Below, one piece after another: positions 38,863-48,482 of a stretch of DNA of 64,000 nucleotides. The DNA lies in IMG/VR virus record IMGVR_UViG_3300024239_000015, positions 62,001 through 126,000 of that record; one strand, given 5' to 3'. The notes below the pieces were generated by a model. That model had not been told where the DNA came from, made no database searches, and saw nothing but the letters and a program-made list of their open reading frames with translations. Within the stretch, counting starts at the first letter, position 1, and each line of letters begins with the position of its first letter. The position numbers and the translations under genes were made by a program.

Positions 38863-39387
38863 TCACGTCTCCATCAAGTCATCGGTAAAGACCACACGTG
38901 GACCTAACGACAAAGCACACAACGTCAACGCCCATGGGTTTTGTGCAAAGAGCTCAGTCAAGTACTCCCGTGACGGTAAGGAGCTTAACGTCCCTTGATC
39001 CAACACGCCACCTGTAGGTTCACCTGCACTGCGGCTATGTGGAGCTAAGCCTGCAACAAAGTGGGCTTGTAGTGTATTCCACTGAACATCAGAGATCTCT
39101 AACTGGATACGCGATTGTGCGTGGAGTTTAAACACCCAGTCCCACGCGTCTTGGTCGTTGATCTTCCTTACGACCAACTGGAAGTGGTCTTTGTGTAACA
39201 CCGTAGGAAGACTCCACACGCCTTGTATCCACTCGATACGTAACACGACGTCAGAGTCAACAGACTTACGTATCTCTGTTGGGCGAGTAGACCCTTCTGG
39301 TGGAGGCACAACGTCTAAGGTCTGCGCAGAGAGACTGGCGTTTCGTGCCACGGCTTTTAAGTATTCTGAAGCTAAACGTTCTGACAC
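38863..39387 (-). CDS. Hypothetical / possible virion protein
   Basis: AGGAG RBS; adjacent to the vRNAP subunit. Confidence 0.55.
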   Translation of the reverse strand: MSERLASEYLKAVARNASLSAQTLDVVPPPEGSTRPTEIRKSVDSDVVLRIEWIQGVWSLPTVLHKDHFQLVVRKINDQDAWDWVFKLHAQSRIQLEISDVQWNTLQAHFVAGLAPHSRSAGEPTGGVLDQGTLSSLPSREYLTELFAQNPWALTLCALSLGPRVVFTDDLMET

Positions 39388-39396
39388 TGGAGACTC

Positions 39397-40110
39397 CTAC
39401 GAGTGAGGTAAGTTTGAACTTAAGTGCATACCTCGTAAGTACGCATTCAAACTTAAAGTGGATTTCACGTGCGTGTTTGCATCGAGGATAGGTTGCAAGC
39501 TTGCACCTCCACGTTCGATGATCTCACGCTCAAATGCGTTGAGTGCCTTCTGGTCACCCCCACGGACTTTGATCGCTTCGATGATTGTGTTCTCTAACCC
39601 TTGAGCGTAGAACACCTGGAGCTCTGTGTAGGTCATGGCTGAGCCTTTGGAGTCCCCAGTAGGCTGTCCAGTCAAGTCATCGATCACCGAGGTATCCGTT
39701 GGGATACTTTGCTTTCCATCTAACGTCTGTGCTTGACGACGTACCGCTAGTGGGAGTACAGGGTACTTGATGGGTGTTAAGTATCGCTGTCCAGTGGACT
39801 CATCAGTCGTCCACACACGTTGGTAGATAGGAACGTTAAGCTCATCAGCGAGTTTCAGTAAACCGTCCATGCGGATCTTCGAGTCTTTGAGGTTCGGTAC
39901 GAAGAATGGAAGGATAAACTCAGAGAGCACCGCAGTGGGGGTGTCTCTACCTCGTTCTATACTCGCTACCATGGCTTCAAATTTCTCTTCAGGAAGTTTA
40001 CGAAGCTCTTGAAGGTACGCGTTTAAGTTTTGCTCCCCTTGTTCGATCTTTGGGAAGTACTCTGCAAGGACCGCAATGAATTTCTCTCTACGCGCTTCGA
40101 AGTCTGTCAT
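39397..40110 (-). CDS. Virion RNA polymerase beta subunit, C-terminal part (phiKZ gp149-like)
   Basis: RRQAQ..DDLTGQPTGDSKGS..E...IKVRGGD...LNAYLRGMHL correspond to beta C-terminal motifs. Confidence 0.82.
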   Translation of the reverse strand: MTDFEARREKFIAVLAEYFPKIEQGEQNLNAYLQELRKLPEEKFEAMVASIERGRDTPTAVLSEFILPFFVPNLKDSKIRMDGLLKLADELNVPIYQRVWTTDESTGQRYLTPIKYPVLPLAVRRQAQTLDGKQSIPTDTSVIDDLTGQPTGDSKGSAMTYTELQVFYAQGLENTIIEAIKVRGGDQKALNAFEREIIERGGASLQPILDANTHVKSTLSLNAYLRGMHLSSNLPHS

Positions 40111-40609
40111 GGGAGCCTCTCTCTTTAAAGCCAGCTTTTAAACGTCTGGAATAGTACCGTTTTGGAGTCGTTTCGATCCGTACCGTCCGTACACGACGAC
40201 GCAGTTCAAAACAACGATCACGCATGTCTTTCGTGCCAGTGGATTGACCGTCCCAGAACACCAACACCACACCTACACGTTCTGCGAGTTGTTGGTTACG
40301 GATAAAGCCTGCCGCTTTACCGTGTTTGTCCCAGTCGGCGTCAATGGCTGTAAAGGTGTAGCCGTGATCTGCACAGTAGTCTTCGATCATGCTATCGATT
40401 CCAGGAGCACCGCCTGAGTAGAACTCAAAAGGACGTCCTGGGTAGAGCTCTTTGAGTTCGTTGACGTAATGGACGAATCGTTCACTGAAGAAATCGTAGT
40501 TGTCGTACTGACGACAGCCTACAACTGCAATACGTAGTGGGTCAATCCCTACGTCACTTAATGCGTGCAGACGTTCGGCGGCATCGAAATTGACTTCATC
40601 GTCTCTCAT
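40088..40609 (-). CDS. SLOG-superfamily (YspA/DprA-like, DUF2493) protein
   Basis: IAVVGCR, SGGAPGID, ADWDKHGKAAGFIRN, FWDGQSTGT. Confidence 0.8.
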   Translation of the reverse strand: MRDDEVNFDAAERLHALSDVGIDPLRIAVVGCRQYDNYDFFSERFVHYVNELKELYPGRPFEFYSGGAPGIDSMIEDYCADHGYTFTAIDADWDKHGKAAGFIRNQQLAERVGVVLVFWDGQSTGTKDMRDRCFELRRRVRTVRIETTPKRYYSRRLKAGFKERGSHDRLRSA

Positions 40610-40899
40610 ACGCCGTCTCCGTAACTGCGTGCTATGATCCATAACACGTTTTCGGAGAACCGATCAAACCATTGTTCGAAGGTCACGTTGTGGATCAGTT
40701 CGATGCGGTAGACTAAAGAATCAGTGTCGCCAAACAACCGACACAGCTCAGAGGACAGCCACTGGTTGAGTTCACGGAGTTCTTTGTGGGGATCGCCCAG
40801 CGCGTGATCGCTGTGGTGGAAATTCTGCAGTAAAGCCGCTGAAAACTTCGGAGTCTTGGCTCCGAGTGCGGCAATGGTTTTATGCTTCATTGTTGCCAT
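40606..40899 (-). CDS. Hypothetical protein
   Basis: 97-aa ORF, ATGA-coupled to the SLOG gene. Confidence 0.6.
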   Translation of the reverse strand: MATMKHKTIAALGAKTPKFSAALLQNFHHSDHALGDPHKELRELNQWLSSELCRLFGDTDSLVYRIELIHNVTFEQWFDRFSENVLWIIARSYGDGV

Positions 40900-40962
40900 G
40901 TTATTATTATTCCTAAAAAAGACGTACAGGAAGGAGGGAGCGCACTCCCTCGTTCACTGTCG

Positions 40963-42378
40963 TTACATCCAGTACGGTTTGTACTTACCTGCTCTGACAC
41001 GCAGTAAGTCTAACGTCGATAAAAAGTGCTGTGGATGATTCTGTTCTTCAAACGTCCAGAATCCACGGGTCTGTAGTAAGTCTTCCCACTTGTAGCCCAT
41101 TTTCAGTAAATCAGCGTACAGTGTTTCTGGAGGACACCACAGGTCTTGGTATTGATCAAACGCCACGTAACGCATCTGCGCAAGCTCAGAGGTGATCTGA
41201 AGTGCACGACGTAACTCAGGGGTTTCATCGATCTTTCCGCGTACCGTAGTCCGTTGGAGTTTCACGTCAGGCAGAAAGACCACACTATAACTCTTGTCGT
41301 GTCCCGACAAACCAAAGCGGAACGTGTCGCTGGTGGCTGCGTCGTGGTTCTTGATATAGTAGAACTCTGACAGACCGATCAGGATACCTTCTGACTGAGA
41401 GGCCAGTAAATGAAACGGTGAACCCGTAGGACCGTACTTCCCACGTAAATTCTGGATCGTCATTTCCTGTAAGTCAGTCGAATCGGGGTTATCGTCGTAC
41501 TTGTCCCGTGGGAACTCAGGTGCTTTGGTGGTTTTGTTTTTCAGCGGTGACGTACCGTACACGTACCAGAGGTTGTTCGTTAGAAAGAAAAAGTTGTTCG
41601 GTACTTTCTTAAACTTCAAACTGGACTTTAAGAACGCAAGCTTCTGCTGTACAGGAGCATATGGGTCTAACTGAATGTTGTCATCTACGTGAGCCGTCAG
41701 GATCATGTTAATCCCGCTAGAGGCGGTGAGTACAGGCAGCTCGTTCAGCATCTGCCATTTGTTCATCGCCCCCCGCATCGACTCCATATTTCGACCTGAC
41801 GTACCGATGGTGTTTTTCTCTTGGATTTCTTCCATCTGAGAAGTCGTGAACTGTGACAGGGAGTCGATCTCTACGTTGGATGGGAAGTACGTTTTAAACG
41901 GAACGCCTTTGGAGTCCACAAACGGCGTCGTGTACTTGACTTCTTTCGCAGGAGCGTTTTGTTTGTCTTCTCCGTACTTCCGGATCTCTTCGTACCACTT
42001 GTCACCAATCATCACGTCCCCTGCAGTCAGTAAGAAACGATCTTCTGCTTGCAGGTCGTGTCCTTGTAAGTTTTCAAACCGTCGAGCGAGCTGGTGAGTA
42101 CGGTTCATACTGGCAGAGATCTCGGTGTCGTACAGCATCGCTTCTGAAGGGCTATACCGATCGATCACAGTGAGGTTCATTGACCGTGCCAGTAATGACT
42201 TACCGACGTTGCCACGACCACCGACTCCAGTAACCGGTGCCAAACCACCGTTGAGTACCATCTCTCCTTTCGAGCCGAGTTGGTACGAGCCTGTAGGGAT
42301 GTCGAGCAAACACCCTAAGTTAGGCATAGGACGAATATCAGGAGCAGGTTGAAATCTGTTTTTAAATGCTAAAGCCAT
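40963..42378 (-). CDS. uvsX: RecA/UvsX-like recombinase (phiKZ gp152-like)
   Basis: Walker A GRGNVGKS, YDTE, Walker B EIDSLS, LRGKYGPTG. Confidence 0.82.
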   Translation of the reverse strand: MALAFKNRFQPAPDIRPMPNLGCLLDIPTGSYQLGSKGEMVLNGGLAPVTGVGGRGNVGKSLLARSMNLTVIDRYSPSEAMLYDTEISASMNRTHQLARRFENLQGHDLQAEDRFLLTAGDVMIGDKWYEEIRKYGEDKQNAPAKEVKYTTPFVDSKGVPFKTYFPSNVEIDSLSQFTTSQMEEIQEKNTIGTSGRNMESMRGAMNKWQMLNELPVLTASSGINMILTAHVDDNIQLDPYAPVQQKLAFLKSSLKFKKVPNNFFFLTNNLWYVYGTSPLKNKTTKAPEFPRDKYDDNPDSTDLQEMTIQNLRGKYGPTGSPFHLLASQSEGILIGLSEFYYIKNHDAATSDTFRFGLSGHDKSYSVVFLPDVKLQRTTVRGKIDETPELRRALQITSELAQMRYVAFDQYQDLWCPPETLYADLLKMGYKWEDLLQTRGFWTFEEQNHPQHFLSTLDLLRVRAGKYKPYWM

Positions 42379-42484
42379 CGCAGTGTGCTTCCTTTGAGAA
42401 TTGAGTACATTAAATGAGTGGGTATGGAATTTTTAATTCTATGTTAATTCATAAAAACCAGCAGACCAAAAGGCGGTGTGTACC

Positions 42485-43294
42485 ATGTTTGCAAACTTAA
42501 ACGATTTACAATTTCAGCATGAGGTGTTAGCCCTCGAAGCGTTAGCGGTTCACCGACCGAACATTGGGATGGTGGAAAAACTGGGTACGATGGTCGATTC
42601 TGTCAGTAATCAGATCGCTGACTCGTTACGTGGTTTGATACTACCGGTTGGCGCGATCGACTTCGTACCGGCTTTACGTGAAGTGCAGAAACACAAGTAC
42701 GTGGACTTATCTCCAGTGCAATTACCGATCCCTGCAGGGTTGTCTGCTCCTTTAGTCCCTTACGGTCAGTTGCTCCTGCGTGCTCAAGAGCTATCCATGA
42801 GTATCTTGGATGACACCTTAGAGCCATTCCAGAAGTTTGTAGGGGAGGCATTGAACAATCCTGAGAAATTAGGCAGTAGTGTTTTACGTGCACAAAACCA
42901 TCCAAAAGAAATAAAGGACTTGCAGAACAAACTGAAAGACGTATTTCGTAATGGCACGAAAGCCACACGTCCTTACAGTGAAGTCATTCGTAACAACAAC
43001 GACTGGGTAGAACTCAAAGACATCTGCACGACGTTAAAACGCAACGCAGACCGTCAGAGTCCAAAAGACTTTGCTGACACCGTCACTGAGTTAGACCAAC
43101 AACTGCGTACGTTGATCAAACGGATTCGAGACACCAACGAGCAGTACCGCCCTTCTCCTGAAGTGGTGAAACAACTGGCAGATCTCTCCTACACATTAGC
43201 AGAGCAAGTCAGTTTCTACAGTGTGGTGAACACGCTGATCGCTTCGTACCTGAAAGCTGTAGAAGACGCTGTGGATGTGATCAAAAAACTGTAA
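42485..43294 (+). CDS. Virion head protein (phiKZ gp153-like by synteny)
   Basis: Divergent from uvsX; ALE site near N-terminus; TTCTATG upstream. Confidence 0.6.
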   Translation: MFANLNDLQFQHEVLALEALAVHRPNIGMVEKLGTMVDSVSNQIADSLRGLILPVGAIDFVPALREVQKHKYVDLSPVQLPIPAGLSAPLVPYGQLLLRAQELSMSILDDTLEPFQKFVGEALNNPEKLGSSVLRAQNHPKEIKDLQNKLKDVFRNGTKATRPYSEVIRNNNDWVELKDICTTLKRNADRQSPKDFADTVTELDQQLRTLIKRIRDTNEQYRPSPEVVKQLADLSYTLAEQVSFYSVVNTLIASYLKAVEDAVDVIKKL

Positions 43295-43299
43295 ACAAA

Positions 43300-43330
43300 C
43301 ATACGAGGGAGGCCGAAGCCTCCCTGTATG
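43300..43330. terminator. GAGGGAG-family hairpin
   Basis: CATACGAGGGAGGC-CGAA-GCCTCCCTGTATG. Confidence 0.65.
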
Positions 43331-43416
43331 CTGTAAATTCGTTTGTTACGAATGCAACTCACGAACATGTTCCCTTTCTGACGTCCTATCACTTTTAACC
43401 ACAGCCTGTGTATACA

Positions 43417-43827
43417 CTACCTGCCTAAAAAGTTTAACACGGCACCGATATCAGCACGTAAGTCAGATTCTCTTCCATACCGCAAATGACTGGAGGTATG
43501 GTTAAGAATCTCTTGGATCAATGCATCTCTTTCGAGGTGCTGGATGTCCAATGCCCCACGCGGCCATAAACGGTCCGTGAAAGCTAGGGCCGGGAAGACT
43601 AAAGCTGTAGTACGATCAGCGAGTCCAAAAGTCCGGTTTAGCTGCTCAAGCTCCTCGTTGTCTACTCCGATTCGCTTGGTTAACTCGTCAGTGGTGGGTG
43701 CCCCGTAGTCCTTCAGGTATCGGTAGAGCGTTACGACAAATAACAGACGTTTACTAGCCGTGCTTGCAATTAACTCCCACAGGAAGCCGATCACGGCTCG
43801 TACACATTTCCGAATTGCTGTAAACAT
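43417..43827 (-). CDS. Hypothetical protein
   Basis: 136-aa ORF directly after RNase H. Confidence 0.6.
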   Translation of the reverse strand: MFTAIRKCVRAVIGFLWELIASTASKRLLFVVTLYRYLKDYGAPTTDELTKRIGVDNEELEQLNRTFGLADRTTALVFPALAFTDRLWPRGALDIQHLERDALIQEILNHTSSHLRYGRESDLRADIGAVLNFLGR

Positions 43828-43829
43828 AA

Positions 43830-45365
43830 CTAAGACCTTTCAACATAGAGGTTACTGACCATCGAGGCGTAGATACCTACATCCTCTCCCGCACTCAGTA
43901 CAAGGTAATACCTGAACCCCACGCTAGACTCACGACGGGTGACTAACGTCAGCGTAGGAGACTCTGCAGTTAAAGCAGACAGTGCGTTACGAGACGGGGT
44001 GTCTAACCCAAGGGTGAGGATCACGTTGGCTTCTTTCTTACCTGCACCTAAGTCATACCCTACAGGTAGGGTAAGTGACTTCAGAGTTTGAGCAATCGTC
44101 TTGCGTAAAACGCAGACTGACTTGCCTTTTTTCTCTTCGTGCTCATAGAAATAACTCGTTACATCGGTATACACCGTGTACGGGTCTTGGATGGACTCCT
44201 TAGACAAAAACGTATCTAAGACGCCCTGTAGGTGCGCTAGATTAGAGATCGCGTCAAATACCTTTCTAGGCGGTCTAGCGTGCCACGTCAGTTGTTTCTG
44301 ATCGATGGTGTACAGGTCATTAAAGTGATCTGCTTTGACCACGTAATCCATCTGGTGGTCTTTTAAGTCTTGGTAGACTGAAGCGGTGAACACATTCGCT
44401 AAGTAGACTTTCACTACGTCAAGTTGTGTGGTACGGGAGATTTTCGTTTGGTATTCCCGCAGTTGTTCTAAGACAGGTTCTGGTTCTTTTAAGTACACCA
44501 CAGCGTATGCTTGGTCTGACATCCGTTTGCCGTCGTACTCGTTGTCTGCAGTAGACTGTCCTAAGTGATACACGTGACGGCCGTCGGTGCTTTTCGCCAC
44601 GTCGGTGTTCATCACAAAGTACCAACGGTTTAACGAGAATAAACGATTGTACTCTGCTTTAGGAGCCCAGTAGCCAGCAGGAGGAGAGACTTCTTCATGT
44701 ACCTCACCCGCTCTGTCTTTTTGACTGAGGATCACCGCGCGGGTCGCGTTACGGTCAGCGAGTTTATTCCCTACAGACGTTGCGTGTCCTTTCACCCAGT
44801 TCCACGTGACTTTCGTACCACTACTTTCTAACGTCGACGTAGAGGCTAAAAGCTGACGCCACGCATCGGCATTTGGCATCGGCTCGCCGTCTCGTTTAAA
44901 GTCGGCAGCAATCCATTTCTTTGACCACTCCCGCATCCCTTCTACGACGTACTTGGAATCGGTGTACACCGTTAAGCTTTCTACGTGGTCGACTTTACAG
45001 GTGTAGTTGATCGCATTTAAAGCAGCGTGGACTTCTGCTGCGTTGTTGGAAGCCACACCTAGTGCCCCCCATGAATCGACGTACGTCGTAGCGAGGACTT
45101 GAGTACCCCGTCCTCCTTCTTGTTTAGAGAGCGTAGAGTACCCTTTGTCGGTCACGACACCTTCTCGTTCTGGAGCGAGTTCTTTGTTCGCTAAACGCGT
45201 GGTGTACTGAGTGTTGTTTAAGTCAAAGTGGTAGCCATGAAACCCCCAGCCACACGGACCAGGGTTTGGACGCGCACCACCATCGGTGTATAACACCACA
45301 CCACACCGAGGGGTGGTTTCTACTACTGCTGCAGCTGCGTCTGGAGTCTTTTTCTTTTTAGCCAT
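43830..45365 (-). CDS. rnhA: Ribonuclease HI with long C-terminal domain (phiKZ gp155-like)
   Basis: YTDGGARPNPG, SNNAAE, TDSKYV, WVKGH, GNKLAD. Confidence 0.9.
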   Translation of the reverse strand: MAKKKKTPDAAAAVVETTPRCGVVLYTDGGARPNPGPCGWGFHGYHFDLNNTQYTTRLANKELAPEREGVVTDKGYSTLSKQEGGRGTQVLATTYVDSWGALGVASNNAAEVHAALNAINYTCKVDHVESLTVYTDSKYVVEGMREWSKKWIAADFKRDGEPMPNADAWRQLLASTSTLESSGTKVTWNWVKGHATSVGNKLADRNATRAVILSQKDRAGEVHEEVSPPAGYWAPKAEYNRLFSLNRWYFVMNTDVAKSTDGRHVYHLGQSTADNEYDGKRMSDQAYAVVYLKEPEPVLEQLREYQTKISRTTQLDVVKVYLANVFTASVYQDLKDHQMDYVVKADHFNDLYTIDQKQLTWHARPPRKVFDAISNLAHLQGVLDTFLSKESIQDPYTVYTDVTSYFYEHEEKKGKSVCVLRKTIAQTLKSLTLPVGYDLGAGKKEANVILTLGLDTPSRNALSALTAESPTLTLVTRRESSVGFRYYLVLSAGEDVGIYASMVSNLYVERS

Positions 45366-45389
45366 TTTAGGGAAACCTTAGTTACGTGC

Positions 45390-45427
45390 AAAAGTACGAC
45401 TACACCATTACGCGTAGTCGTACTTTT
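45390..45427. terminator. Intrinsic terminator
   Basis: AAAAGTACGACTAC...GTAGTCGTACTTTT. Confidence 0.65.
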
Positions 45428-45883
45428 TTAGGGGGTGCAATCCACAGGGTCTTGTTGTAACGCAGTGACCATTCGGTTGTAAGAGTCTACTTGCGTTTGA
45501 ATCGATTCGATGTGTTTAAACAACACGTCTTGGATTTCAGTCTCAGTCATGTCGTCAGTGATCTCATCGTCAGGTAACACCAGTGTAAGTTCTGGGACTT
45601 TAGGACGAGGAGGACACTTAGGGAGTTCGTTTGACTCTAGCTTGAAGGTCACGTTTAAGTAGTTGATATACCCAGTTAAGTACTGCTGGTAACCCACAAG
45701 GTCGTCTCTCCAGTGAGTGACGTTCGTAAGAAACGCAGCTGGGTCTTTGGACCGGTATTGATTGTAGTCGTGAGGGATCGAAAACGGAATCAACGACGTG
45801 TTGAGTTCAGGAGATGAAACGCCGGGTGACACACACCCAGCGAGCAGTAGTAAAACGATAGCGAGGTTAGATCGCTTTTTCAT
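45428..45883 (-). CDS. Lipoprotein, putative outer-membrane spanin
   Basis: Signal peptide II with lipobox LAGC; Pro-rich segment. Confidence 0.6.
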   Translation of the reverse strand: MKKRSNLAIVLLLLAGCVSPGVSSPELNTSLIPFSIPHDYNQYRSKDPAAFLTNVTHWRDDLVGYQQYLTGYINYLNVTFKLESNELPKCPPRPKVPELTLVLPDDEITDDMTETEIQDVLFKHIESIQTQVDSYNRMVTALQQDPVDCTP

Positions 45884-46368
45884 TCTGTGTCTCCTTTATC
45901 ACGGATCGTTTCTAACCGATCTTTCACACGTTCGTTGGTGGGTTTCTTGGCTGGAGGATCAGACTTAGGTGTGGGAGCACGGCACGTCTGTGTTAATGTA
46001 TCGAGTTGTTTTTTGGTTTCAGCGTGACGTTCTTTTTCGTTAAAGTAATTCAGCTGGGAGATCTCATAGTCTTTGCGCAGCGCCTGCAGTTGGGACTCAA
46101 CCAGCAAGCGTTGTAAGTAGTCTTCAGAGTGGTACCGTCCTACAGGCTGCCCTTTGTCTTTTTCTTCAGGCTTAGTCAGCTGGGACTGATCGTAGAAATA
46201 CGTAGCTGCATAGGACGAGACGACGATTAAAAGAATCAACACCCACGACAGAAAAGAAGGACGTCGTCCTTCGGGGTGTTGGATGATCTCTTCGATCTTT
46301 TTCTTGAGTATATCAAGTGTATAAGGACCGAGAGACTTCAGTAGAGCGATAAGCATTTGTCCAAACAC
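45880..46368 (-). CDS. Membrane-anchored coiled-coil protein, putative inner-membrane spanin
   Basis: Single TM WVLILLIVVSSY, coiled coil, ATGA overlap with the lipoprotein. Confidence 0.5.
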   Translation of the reverse strand: MFGQMLIALLKSLGPYTLDILKKKIEEIIQHPEGRRPSFLSWVLILLIVVSSYAATYFYDQSQLTKPEEKDKGQPVGRYHSEDYLQRLLVESQLQALRKDYEISQLNYFNEKERHAETKKQLDTLTQTCRAPTPKSDPPAKKPTNERVKDRLETIRDKGDTE

Positions 46369-46432
46369 AGGAATGACCTCCGTAACATATGAACGAAACT
46401 AAAGCATGCTATACCTAAGAAGGAGAGCAGTC

Positions 46433-47734
46433 ATGTACATTTTAAGAGGTTTTGTAACAATGCCGGCGTTGATGAACAACGCGGTAGGACAGAACTCCCC
46501 GATTGGTGAACTCGAACCCCAGCAAGAAACCTACTCCAGAGAGCGTGGGGTTTATGCGAATAACACCTACCCAGACGTCCGTTTAGTGTCGTTTCGTTCT
46601 GAGGATACCACAGGGTTGATCCCCGTGAACACACTCCACCAGAACAAAGCGTTGATGATGTCGCAGTGGCTGTACGCGAGATCGCTTGCGGGGCAGATCT
46701 CAGAGGATAAAACGGATACGCTTTTAGCAATGCGTAGTTACTTCGTTTTAGAAGCAGAAGAGATCGACCTAGGAGACACCGTCACCAATGGTCAGTACTG
46801 GTTTCCTTCATGGGTATCGTACAAAGCGTTAGGGGCTCCTGACAACGAAGTGCGGTTGTGGTACCACAACGCAAGCTTCGCTGCGCAATATGACTACTAC
46901 GACATTATCGTGGTTCCACCGATTGTAGACCCAGAAGCATTCCACACTGGAGTAGCGGCTGTAGATCAGTTACTGGACGAGTACTTACAGTCTGAACACA
47001 TGGCGCGTGCACAATTAGCGCGTGCGGGTACGCCACCAACGTACCAACCGTCGTATGAATTCGATTGGGTGAATCCAAACGACGCTACGTACCGTCGTCG
47101 TACAAACTGGGTGGTGTTGGTGTACGGAATTCGTGGGAATAACGATGACCTGATCAAAGAGAAGATTGCTGATCACCTGCTAGACGCTTCAGCGTACGAC
47201 CGCGATGCATGGGAGACTATTTTCCCTGAGATCTTTATCCCTACGGAATACTACATCGTTCCTGCATGGAACCGCTACGCGTTACCAGAGCTTACACTGA
47301 CGGCTGGGATTTACTCTCCAAGTATTCCACAAGCGGAATTACCACAGTACCAAGCGTTGTTTGTGGACTACGCAACACCACACATTCTAGCACAGAACGA
47401 GATCATCGGCTCAAGCTGGAAAGGGTTGTCGTTTGTGTCCGTAGGACATCACCGTAACCGAAATGGGCTGTATCGTTTAACGGATCAATGGCCTGATTAC
47501 GTCAACATCCCGGTGAATTCTTTGGATTACAACCGAATCTCTCCTGCTACACGCAGCTGGATTAACCAACTCTTTACTGCGTTTATCTACGCAGAACAAA
47601 ACGCAGGGACTCTGCAACTCCCAGAAGGGTATACGTTGATTGACCGAAACGGAGTGTTCTACGTGAGTTTCAACCGCGATCAGATCAAGTACCTGATTGC
47701 ACGCAAAGATAGCTTACCAGACCCAGTGGTGTAA
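46433..47734 (+). CDS. Virion structural protein
   Basis: Start MYILRGF with AGGAG RBS; SPIGEL...TYSRE pattern of phiKZ-like structural proteins. Confidence 0.6.
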   Translation: MYILRGFVTMPALMNNAVGQNSPIGELEPQQETYSRERGVYANNTYPDVRLVSFRSEDTTGLIPVNTLHQNKALMMSQWLYARSLAGQISEDKTDTLLAMRSYFVLEAEEIDLGDTVTNGQYWFPSWVSYKALGAPDNEVRLWYHNASFAAQYDYYDIIVVPPIVDPEAFHTGVAAVDQLLDEYLQSEHMARAQLARAGTPPTYQPSYEFDWVNPNDATYRRRTNWVVLVYGIRGNNDDLIKEKIADHLLDASAYDRDAWETIFPEIFIPTEYYIVPAWNRYALPELTLTAGIYSPSIPQAELPQYQALFVDYATPHILAQNEIIGSSWKGLSFVSVGHHRNRNGLYRLTDQWPDYVNIPVNSLDYNRISPATRSWINQLFTAFIYAEQNAGTLQLPEGYTLIDRNGVFYVSFNRDQIKYLIARKDSLPDPVV

Positions 47735-47737
47735 AGA

Positions 47738-48367
47738 ATGGCGTTAACTCCCACCATAGGACTTAAGGGGCGGTACACACTCGCCGCCCCTTACGACACG
47801 TTAGTGTTACCTACCGGACTGTATGAGTGTATAGCAGTACGGAAGTTTGAAGACTTACTGGTACTGACCGTAGACGTCTTCGCGGACTACTACGAACCGT
47901 ATGGGTTACTCCAAAGTGACTACCAAGCCGATAATCGAAACGGTGCAAGTATCGTCACTTTTGTGGATGTGAATGACAACTACGTGTATGTACCGGATAC
48001 GTATATCCTCTCGATTCCGTCGATGGATAACGTCGCGTATCAACACGTGGTGATCTCTTTAAGTTTAGGTCCTTTCCCTGAATACGTAGGGCTTACAGAC
48101 TTAAGTACAAAACTTAAAGAACTCACAGAAACGACCATCGGTGTAGACACCACGCCTTTAGTGCACGTCGCTCCTACCCGAAACGTGATGCCTAGTGCAC
48201 TCCACGAAGGGATGGAAGTCGCTCGTACTAACCGAATCGTCGGGAGCCAAACTGAACGTGCCAAACGGATTGCGTTAGAAGCACAGTTGGTGGCAGCACG
48301 CGCAGAGATCGCGGCACTACAGCAGATCTTAGTCGATAATGGCTTAGTGGTAGACGTTCCGGATTAA
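47738..48367 (+). CDS. Virion structural protein
   Basis: Co-transcribed; YVPDTYI.S.P motif; C-terminal coiled coil. Confidence 0.55.
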   Translation: MALTPTIGLKGRYTLAAPYDTLVLPTGLYECIAVRKFEDLLVLTVDVFADYYEPYGLLQSDYQADNRNGASIVTFVDVNDNYVYVPDTYILSIPSMDNVAYQHVVISLSLGPFPEYVGLTDLSTKLKELTETTIGVDTTPLVHVAPTRNVMPSALHEGMEVARTNRIVGSQTERAKRIALEAQLVAARAEIAALQQILVDNGLVVDVPD

Positions 48368-48373
48368 CCACCG

Positions 48374-48403
48374 CATAAAGGGAGCTTCGCGCTCCCTTTT
48401 ATG
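48374..48403. terminator. Intrinsic terminator
   Basis: CATAAAGGGAGC-TTCGC-GCTCCCTTTTATG. Confidence 0.75.
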
Positions 48404-48482
48404 TCGTCTTAGAAAAAAAGGTGGGAGGGATAACTCCCACCAAGGCTAACACTCTAAGGAAGATGACGTGTTGCTCATTACG

